Below are positions 54,830 to 64,000 of a DNA stretch of 64,000 nucleotides, piece after piece (within the stretch, counting starts at the first letter, position 1; each line of letters begins with the position of its first letter). Location of the stretch: NCBI GenBank assembly GCA_964016885.1, contig OZ024746.1:99200001-99264000 (forward strand). The letters run 5' to 3'. The notes below the pieces were generated by a model. That model was not told the DNA's origin. It did no database searches and saw only the letters and a program-made list of their open reading frames with translations. The position numbers and the translations under genes were made by a program. This DNA is from Eledone cirrhosa. Taxonomy: Eukaryota.

Positions 54830-57655
54830 GGTGGCAGTGAGTGAAAGGGAGAGATGGGGAGAGTGAGAGAGACACTGGCAGTGAGTGAAAGGGAGAGATG
54901 GGGCGAGTGAGAGAGACACTGGCAGTGAGTGAAAGGGAGAGATGGGGAGAGTGAGAGAGACACTGGCAGTGAGTGAAAGGGAGAGATGGGGAGAGTGAGA
55001 GAGACACTGGCAGTGAGTGAAAGGGAGAGATGGGGAGAGTGAGAGAGACACTGGCAGTGAGTGAAAGGGAGAGATGGGGCGACGAGAGAGACGGTGGCAG
55101 TGAGTGAAAGGGAGAGATGGGGAGAGTGAGAGAGACACTGGCAGTGAGTGAAAGGGAGAGATGGGGCGACGAGAGAGACGGTGGCAGTGAGTGAAAGGGA
55201 GAGATGTGGAGAGTGAGAGAGACACTGGCAGTGAGTGAAAGGGAGAGATGGGGCGACGAGAGAGACGGTGGCAGTGAGTGAAAGGGAGAGATGGGGAGAG
55301 TGAGAGAGACACTGGCAGTGAGTGAAAGGGAGAGATGGGGCGACGAGAGAGACGGTGGCAGTGAGTGAAAGGGAGAGATGGGGAGAGTGAGAGAGACACT
55401 GGCAGTGAGTGAAAGGGAGAGATGGGGCGACGAGAGAGACGGTGGCAGTGAGTGAAAGGGAGAGATGGGGAGAGTGAGAGAGACAGGCAGTGAGTGAAAG
55501 GGAGAGATGGGGAGAGTGAGAGAGACACTGGCAGTGAGTGAAAGGGAGAGATGGGGAGAGTGAGAGAGACACTGGCAGTGAGTGAAAGGGAGAGATGGGG
55601 AGAGTGAGAGAGACACTGGCAGTGAGTGAAAGGGAGAGATGGGGCGACGAGAGAGACGGTGGCAGTGAGTGAAAGGGAGAGATGGGGAGAGTGAGAGAGA
55701 CACTGGCAGTGAGTGAAAGGGAGAGATGGGGAGAGTGAGAGAGACACTGGCAGTGAGTGAAAGGGAGAGATGGGGAGAGTGAGAGAGACACTGGCAGTGA
55801 GTGAAAGGGAGAGATGGGGAGAGTGAGAGAGACACTGGCAGTGAGTGAAAGGGAGAGATGGGGAGAGTGAGAGAGACACTGGCAGTGAGTGAAAGGGAGA
55901 GATGGGGCGACGAGAGAGACGGTGGCAGTGAGTGAAAGGGAGAGATGGGGAGAGTGAGAGAGACAGGCAGTGAGTGAAAGGGAGAGATGGGGAGAGTGAG
56001 AGAGACACTGGCAGTGAGTGAAAGGGAGAGATGGGGAGAGTGAGAGAGACACTGGCAGTGAGTGAAAGGGAGAGATGGGGAGAGTGAGAGAGACACTGGC
56101 AGTGAGTGAAAGGGAGAGATGGGGAGAGTGAGAGAGACACTGGCAGTGAGTGAAAGGGAGAGATGGGGAGAGTGAGAGAGACACTGGCAGTGAGTGAAAG
56201 GGAGAGATGGGGCGACGAGAGAGACGGTGGCAGTGAGTGAAAGGGAGAGATGGGGAGAGTGAGAGAGAGACTGGCAGTGAGTGAAAGGGAGAGATGTGGA
56301 GAGTGAGAGAGAGACTGGCAGTGAGTGAAAGGGAGAGATGGGGCGACGAGAGAGACGGTGGCAGTGAGTGAAAGGGAGAGATGGGGAGAGTGAGAGAGAC
56401 ACTGGCAGTGAGTGAAAGGGAGAGATGTGGAGAGTGAGAGAGAGACTGGCAGTGAGTGAAAGGGAGAGATGGGGCGACGAGAGAGACGGTGGCAGTGAGT
56501 GAAAGGGAGAGATGGGGAGAGTGAGAGAGAGACTGGCAGTGAGTGAAAGGGAGAGATGTGGAGAGTGAGAGAGAGACTGGCAGTGAGTGAAAGGGAGAGA
56601 TGGGGCGACGAGAGAGACGGTGGCAGTGAGTGAAAGGGAGAGATGGGGAGAGTGAGAGAGACACTGGCAGTGAGTGAAAGGGAGAGATGGGGAGAGTGAG
56701 AGAGACACTGGCAGTGAGTGAAAGGGAGAGATGGGGAGAGTGAGAGAGACACTGGCAGTGAGTGAAAGGGAGAGATGGGGAGAGTGAGAGAGACACTGGC
56801 AGTGAGTGAAAGGGAGAGATGGGGAGAGTGAGAGAGACACTGGCAGTGAGTGAAAGGGAGAGATGGGGCGAGGAGAGAGACGGTGGCAGTGAGTGAAAGG
56901 GAGAGATGGGGAGAGTGAGAGAGACACTGGCAGTGAGTGAAAGGGAGAGATGGGGAGAGTGAGAGAGACAGAAGCAGTGAGTGAAAGGGAGAGATGGGGA
57001 GAGTGAGAGAGACACTGGCAGTGAGTGAAAGGGAGAGATGGGGAGAGTGAGAGAGAGACGGTGGCAGTGAGTGAAAGGGAGAGATGGGGAGAGTGAGAGA
57101 GAGAGAGGCAGTGAGTGAAAGGGAGAGATGGGGAGAGTGAGAGAGAGACTGGCAGTGAGTGAAAGGGAGAGATGGGGAGAGTGAGAGAGACAGAAGCAGT
57201 GAGTGAAAGGAAGAGATGGGGAGAGTGAGAGAGACACTGGCAGTGAGTGAAAGGGAGAGATGGGGAGAGTGAGAGAGAGACTGGCAGTGAGTGAAAGGGA
57301 GAGATGAGGAGAGTGAGAGAGACACTAGCAGTGAGTGAAAGGGAGAGATGGGGAGAGTGAGAGAGACACTGGCAGTGAGTGAAAGGGAGAGATGGGGAGA
57401 GTGAGAGAGACAGAAGCAGTGAGTGAAAGGGAGAGATGGGGAGAGTGAGAGAGACACTGGCAGTGAGTGAAAGGGAGAGATGGGGAGAGTGAGAGAGAGA
57501 CTGGCAGTGAGTGAAAGGGAGAGATGAGGAGAGTGAGAGAGACACTAGCAGTGAGTGAAAGGGAGAGATGGGGAGAGTGAAAGAGACAGAGGCAGTGAGT
57601 GAAAGGGAGAGATGGGGAGAGTGAGAGAGAGAGAGGCAGTGAATGAAAGGGAGAG
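54830..57655 (+). repeat. Purine-rich 44/43-bp minisatellite (about 64 units)
   Basis: Unit GGCAGTGAGTGAAAGGGAGAGATGGGGAGAGTGAGAGAGACACT with a 43-bp variant ending GGGGCGACGAGAGAGACGGT. Confidence 0.95.
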
Positions 57656-57659
57656 AACA

Positions 57660-57949
57660 TCACCACCACCACCACAACCACAAACAACAACATCACCACC
57701 ACTACCACTACTACCACCACCAACATCACCACTACCAGCACCACCACCACTACTACCACCACCACCACCACTACCACCACCACTACCACCACCACCAACA
57801 CCACTACTACCACCACCACCACCAAAAACAACAACAATAACACCACAACCACTACCACCACCACCAACACCACTACTACCACCACCACCACCAAAACCAA
57901 CAACAACACCACCAACACCACCACCACCACCACCACCACCAACAACACC

Positions 57950-57980
<31 letters not shown>

Positions 57981-58433
57981 CCACCACCACCAACAACAAC
58001 AACAACACCACCACCAACAACAACACCACCACCACCACCACCAACAACAACACCACCAACACCACCACCAACAACAACACCACCACCAACAACACCACCA
58101 CCACCACCACCAACAACAACACCACCACCACCACCAGCAACATCACCACCACCACCACCAACAACAACAACACCACCACCAACAACAACACCACCACCAA
58201 CAACAACACCACCACCACCACGACCACCACCAACAACAACACCACCACCACCACTACCACCACCACCACCAACAACAACACCACCACCAACAACATCACC
58301 ACCAACAACAACAACACCACCACCACCAACAACAACATCACCACCACCACTACCACCACCACCAACAACATCACAACCACCACCACCACCACCACCACCA
58401 CCACCACCACCACCACCACCACCACTACCACCA
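57660..58433 (+). repeat. Compound (CAC)/(CAA)/(CTA) trinucleotide array
   Basis: Directly visible. Confidence 0.95.
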
Positions 58434-58452
58434 GCTGATGGAGATAAGGAAT

Positions 58453-58962
58453 ATAATTGTTTCTACTTTAGGCACAAGGCCAGCAATGACCCCAGTACAT
58501 TACTGGTACTTTATTTTACCGACCCCGCAAGGATGAAAGGCAAAGTTAACCTTAGCGAGATTTGAACTCAGAACATAAAGGGCCGTAACTCTATGCCACA
58601 AAGCATGGTGTCTGATGCTCTACCGATTACTGCCATGAGTTGAACAACTTCAACTGAGACTATTAAAGAATTAATAGAAAGAATTCCTTCCTTTATGTGG
58701 TCGTACATTGAACAATAAAAAGCCAGAAAGTCAAGTATTTTAGATGGAAAACATGGAAAACGACATAAAATAAAGGAAGGAAGGAATTATTTCTATTAAT
58801 TCTTTAATAGTCGCAGTTGTTCGAAGTTTTTCAACTCATGGCAGTATCGGTAGAGCATCAGACACCATGCTTTGTGACATAGAGTTACGGCCCTTTACGT
58901 TCTGAGTTCAAATCTTGCCGAGGTTCTTTGCCTTTCATCCTTACGGGGTCGATAAAATAAAG
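58453..58962. mobile_element. Head-to-head SINE family 1 pair within an inverted duplication
   Basis: Minus copy 58453-58635 and plus copy 58839-58962 share diagnostic variants and about 70 bp of unique flank in inverted orientation. Confidence 0.75.
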
Positions 58963-59153
58963 TGTGTGTGTTTGTTTGTGTGTAATATTTTTTATCCCCC
59001 ATATGTCTTACATTGAACAATAAAAACCCACAAAGTCAAGTATTTTATTAAATGGAAAACAGAAGGAAAACGACATATGGGGGATAAAAAATATTACACA
59101 CAAACACACACACATACACACTCACACACACACACACACACACTCACACACAT

Positions 59154-59189
<36 letters not shown>

Positions 59190-60121
59190 TCACACACATA
59201 CAACTCTTACAAACACACACGCACATGCTCACACATACACACATACACTCACGCACACACGCACACACACACATATATGTGTGTGTGTGAGCCTGTGTGA
59301 GTACGTGATTATGTGTATGTGTGTGTGTGTGTGTGAGTATGTGAGTATGTGTGTGTGTGTACAATGTATGCTAAACCTACATATACATACATACATAGAT
59401 CATACATTCTCACAAGGTTTCTCATTGAAGTCTGTATCATTACGTTGACTGAAAAGATAGAAATTTGAAACTGGATGAGAGACAAATCTTGTAATGTGAG
59501 AGGAACCATTAGTACATTGGGGGAAAAGATTAGGAAAAGAACAAAAAAAGCAATCTTGGAAACCACCATTTTGTAAAATATAAAAAGCCTGCTGTGATAG
59601 AATTTTAGCCACAATGTGTGATTAGAAAGACTCTATCAAATGTAGTTTCAGTTATTTTCTTTTATTTACTGTAAAGATTCTTGGATACTCCTCCCCTTCT
59701 TCTTCTTCTTCTTCTTCTTCTTCTTCTTCTTCTTCTTCTTCTTCTTCTTCTTCTTCTTCTTCTTCTCCCACATATTCCTGAGAAGGTCGTGGAGGCACAG
59801 TCCTCAATCACTCTTTCCATTGGGTCCTGTCAGAAGCAACTGCCTCCAGCTGATCCAACTGGATCCCCAGTGAGACCAGCCAAGCTCATGGATGTTATCC
59901 AACCATCTTGCTATGAGTCTTCCCCTGGGTCAGGTTTTATTCATGGAAAATGTTTTCTTTCTTTTGTTTCATTTCATGTATTTTTTTATTTCCATTAATA
60001 AAACCCTATTTTATGGTTTCCTTCATGGAAATGAAAAATACACGAAAAAAAATAACAGAAAGAAAAAAACACTAAAACAGTAAAATATGAAAATACCGAA
60101 ATTAAGGTAGAGACTCTACAG

Positions 60122-60287
60122 CAGTGGTTCCCAAACTGGAGTCCGCAGTCTCCTAGGGAACCGCGAAGTCTTAGCCAAATTTTTATGGTATACTGTGATT
60201 GAAGTTTTAAATCTAGGAAGTAATTTTTCTTGAATAAATGGAAAGGGGGCCGCCGAAAAAAAATTGGGAAAAGTTTAGGGACCACTG
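60122..60287. mobile_element. Short hAT MITE
   Basis: TIRs CAGTGGTTCCCAAACT / AGTTTAGGGACCACTG and near-perfect TSD CTCTACAG/CTCTACAC. Confidence 0.75.
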
Positions 60288-60638
60288 CTCTACACCAATG
60301 TCTGAGTGTCATCCTTTAGAGAAAATGACGAAGGCAGAGAAAAGCCAGCGACACTCACTGGATCAGCTACTCTACTTTACAGGGTTTCTTCCTCTGGCAG
60401 GATACACTCCTTCTGATTTTGCGGAAGAAAAAGCAAATTCGAAGAGCGAAGATACTTGAGATTTGCACGAAAATGAAGCGGTTGGTGAAATCCCGGTATT
60501 TAGCTTGTCTTACTCTTCTCCACGGCACCTGGTGTTACAGGTGTGACCTCTATTTCTCAGGTATTGAACCAGCCTGTACAGACTCAGTGGTCCACATAGC
60601 TGAATATATTTGATGTGTCAAGAATTAGAACCAAGGAG

Positions 60639-61150
60639 AAGGTGGTGGATTGGCAGTATCGGTAGAGCGTCGGACACCATGTATTGCAGAATAGAGTTGC
60701 GGCCATTTACATTCTGGGTTCGAATCCCGCCGTGGTTAACTTTGTCTTTCATCCTTACGGGGTTGATAAAATAAAGTACCAGTCACGCACTGGGGTCGAT
60801 TTAATCGACTTCCCCCTCCCCCCAAATTACTGACCTTGTGCCTATAGTAGAAATCAAGTATTAGAACCAAGGAGATCATTTGAAGCGTGGAAGAAGCAAT
60901 GCGCGATAAAGAACAAAATAAGACAAAGGAAACAAAAGAAAATAACTTTTAGAAGTCCAAAATAATGATTTCTAGTATAGGCATAGGGCCAGTATTTTTG
61001 GGGAAGGGGAAAGTCGATTAAATCGACCCCAGTACGTTACTGGCTTTATTTTATCGACCCCGTAAGGATGAAAGGCAAAGTTAACGTCGGCGGGATTTGA
61101 ACTCATGTCATAAAGGGTCGTAACTCTATGCTGCCAATCCACCGCCTTCG
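60639..61150. mobile_element. Two SINE family 1 copies (+ 60639-60859, - 60967-61150) with TSDs
   Basis: Flanking direct repeats ATTAGAACCAAGGAGA and TAGAAGTCCAAAATAAT respectively. Confidence 0.85.
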
Positions 61151-61232
61151 TAGAAGTCCAAAATAATAAAAAGGAAAAATGAAAGAAACCGTGAACATTT
61201 CCTGCAGTGCTAAATACTTTCATGTGTCCTCT

Positions 61233-61431
61233 NNNNNNNNNNNNNNNNNNNNNNNNNNNNNNNNNNNNNNNNNNNNNNNNNNNNNNNNNNNNNNNNNNNN
61301 NNNNNNNNNNNNNNNNNNNNNNNNNNNNNNNNNNNNNNNNNNNNNNNNNNNNNNNNNNNNNNNNNNNNNNNNNNNNNNNNNNNNNNNNNNNNNNNNNNNN
61401 NNNNNNNNNNNNNNNNNNNNNNNNNNNNNNN
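61233..61431. other. Assembly gap (N run)
   Basis: About 200 N. Confidence 1.
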
Positions 61432-61499
61432 NTTTGGAGTAAACAAATGGAAACTATATTTATGAAAACTATATTTATACTTTCCATTTGTTAATATCG

Positions 61500-61552
<53 letters not shown>

Positions 61553-62150
61553 TGTATATATATATATAAATATATAAACGGAAAAAATGAAACGAAATTT
61601 CATGTACGTATACATACTTATATATAAATACATATATATATGTATATATATTGTACGTATATATATATATATATAACTTAAAATGCAGTGGAAATACGAA
61701 GCAACTATAGGTAGGGCTGGCACATTGCTCGGTTTGTTTTTGTTTTTTTGCTGTTTTGTTACTCTTTTCTCTCTTCTTTCCCTTTGCCTTCCTCTCTTCC
61801 TCTGTTTTCCCAATAACTTATCCAATTATTGACGCCCTGGGGCGAGGTATATTGTCTTTAAAGCGTAGAAATATCCGAGAGCCCCAGTAGACAACTGATG
61901 AGGAAAACTCCCCCCCGTTCTTGCTTTCTTCGTATTCCCACTGCATTTTAAGTTACCTTAAATAGCAACTACACAGCCATTTTTATTCTCCATATATTTA
62001 TATTTATAAATTTTAGCACAGCATTAACGAAGCTTTAGAAAACGGCCAAGCTAACGAATGCAGAATCGGTCTACAGCTTTAGCACTCGGATGAGGAAGAC
62101 CCCCAGAGTAATAACATTACGTCCAGACAGCTTAGTAAATCAGATATATT

Positions 62151-62220
<70 letters not shown>

Positions 62221-62389
62221 AAAGTTTTATTTAAAATTGTTGGGTTACAACAAGTAAATATTTTATAACTGATATAAAGCACTCAACAAGTTTTGGAGTA
62301 GATATACGATATTAAACAAATGGAAACTATATTTATAAAACCATATTTATTTCATTATACATATTTCAGGGATACCATATTAAACAACT

Positions 62390-63125
62390 ATAATAGAAAA
62401 CATTACAATAATTCCAAAAGCCAGAAAAGAAATAGAACTAGAAATATAATATGGTTTGCCCCCCCCCCCCCTTCTCACTAAATATTAAAACCCATATTGC
62501 TAAACTATTTTTTAATGCTCTTGACAAACGCTTCTCTAGAACACATAAATATCACTCAATTTTTAATAGACATACTATAAAATTAACTTACTCGTCCACC
62601 AAAGATTTAGCACAAAATATTAACAGAATAAATAATAGGAATCTAAAACCTAGCCAAAATACCGATAATAGCCTAAACAATATTCAATTAAACAACTGTA
62701 ACTGTAGAAATAAATCTAAATGTCCGTTAAATAACAATTGCTTAGTTAAAAATATAATATACAATTGTAATGTTAAAACTAACTTAAATTCTTTTAACTA
62801 TGTTGGTTCCACCTCGACAGAATTTAAACTTCGCTATAATAATCATAAGAATTCTTTCACAGATCCAAACAGAAAATCTTCAACTTCACTATCAAGCTTA
62901 CTCTGGCAACTTAAACATGATAACGTTGGATATTCGATGTTTTGGAATATTGTCTCAAGAGGGATTCCCTTTAATTCCTCATCTGAGACATGTGACCTCT
63001 GTGTGGAGGAGATATTCTTTATATTAAAATCTAAAAATTCCCTTAATTTAAGGAGCAATTTATTCAGTTACTGCAGACATAGATTGAACTCAACGTTTAA
63101 ATATAAATATAAATTTAAAATGTAG
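62390..63125 (+). mobile_element. Naiad-type Penelope-like C-terminus (linker, Cys cluster, GIY-YIG endonuclease)
   Basis: RNRNIIWF.PP(frameshift)FSLN, IFNRHTIKLTYS, CNCRNKSKCPLNNNCL, IIYNC..YVGST..FKLRYNNH, CDLC and CRHR. Confidence 0.85.
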
Positions 63126-64000
63126 TATATTTAGTTAAGATATTTAATTAATTATGAAACCTGACGATAAATCTTTTAAACCTTCTTCATAAATATATAC
63201 TAATGATGTAATTAAACTACCCTAAAATGTAGATGCTCCCAATCTATTGAATAAATTTTACGCTAGATATACTTCTATACTAAATATAAGAGCATCTGTA
63301 GAACAACAGGGTCTCCTAAATCTTTTAAATGATTTCTGCTAAGTAGGTTTTGTTGAATAATTTTTGGTTTTTTGTTTGCTTTTTGATTCTGATTGCTTCT
63401 AATGAACTTGGCAATATATTGTCAGATAAATTGGAAGAGTAGATGTCTGTGGTTGATATGGGGGGAATACTGTGTTTTTTACGGCCCGAGATACTCTAGG
63501 GAGTGATGAAAATATTTTTAACGTTTTGATATCTCTGTGCTGATATATTAATATCTGTTGTCTCTGTACAAAGGCCATATGTATTAATATGAATTGGAAT
63601 GATTACAGAGTATATTTTATTTTATCTGTTTATTTTATCTGTCCATGTACATATATGTGCGCACGCATATATATATGTATGTGTGGCTATAGTTCTGGAT
63701 ATGCATAATATTCTATACATAGACGATAATCATGTATGTGAGGGCAGGAATATTAATATATATTTTTATGTATATATATGTATGTATATATATATATAGT
63801 AAAATCTTTTATAACACAAGGGAAATTTTTTTTCTGTGAAACAAGAAATTACAGAGTTGATCACGTAAGATCACGGGTATGTCTATAATATCAACTAGAA
63901 CTTGAGATGACCTTCTCTTTTTCTCTTTCTTTCCTTTTCTGGAAAGTACATATATACTTATGTATTTCCGTATTTTTTGAAGTTTTATCTCAGTTGTTTG

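Noticed and set aside
54743-57545. Three 800-900 aa ORFs
   Set aside because: They are translations of the stop-free strand of the 44-bp minisatellite, open in all frames with no domain content.
54830-57655. CRISPR-like array
   Set aside because: Head-to-tail repeats with no unique spacers, no cas genes and a eukaryotic context.
57325-58565. Pro/Thr-rich (extensin-like) or poly-Val ORFs
   Set aside because: Trinucleotide microsatellite running into a SINE, with no splice or gene context.
61890-61925. CTGATGA at 61895 inside an inverted-repeat cassette (61672-61956)
   Set aside because: No GAAA follows the putative stem II (it reads CCCCCCG), so it is at best a dead remnant and is not called as a ribozyme.

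Overview
Eukaryotic, AT-rich, microsatellite-saturated non-genic DNA, probably from an octopod cephalopod (inferred from the SINE families and repeat landscape, not proven). I found no host protein-coding exon, rRNA, true tRNA or CRISPR array. Nearly all long ORFs are microsatellite or minisatellite artefacts, or decayed transposon ORFs. Recognisable content: fragments of CRE-, R4/Dong-, Tx1/L1-, RTE- and CR1/jockey-type non-LTR retrotransposons; Penelope-like elements (Naiad-type N-terminus and GIY-YIG ends plus a separate RT); about 20 copies of one tRNA-derived SINE and a second tRNA-SINE; non-autonomous Helitrons; hAT, pogo and mariner MITEs; a 44/43-bp minisatellite; and a degenerate (CCCTAA)n tract. 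The most striking unexplained signal is a dense set of short cassettes embedded in (TA)n tracts. They carry type I hammerhead ribozyme motifs (CTGANGA-stem II-GAAA-short palindromic stem III-NUH-stem I) from several unrelated families, and many are arranged as fold-back palindromes whose turn lies in or next to the ribozyme core. A related oddity at 58.5-59.1 kb is one short spacer sitting at the centre of two different inverted duplications of flanking DNA. All structures were read by eye and coordinates of decayed elements are approximate.
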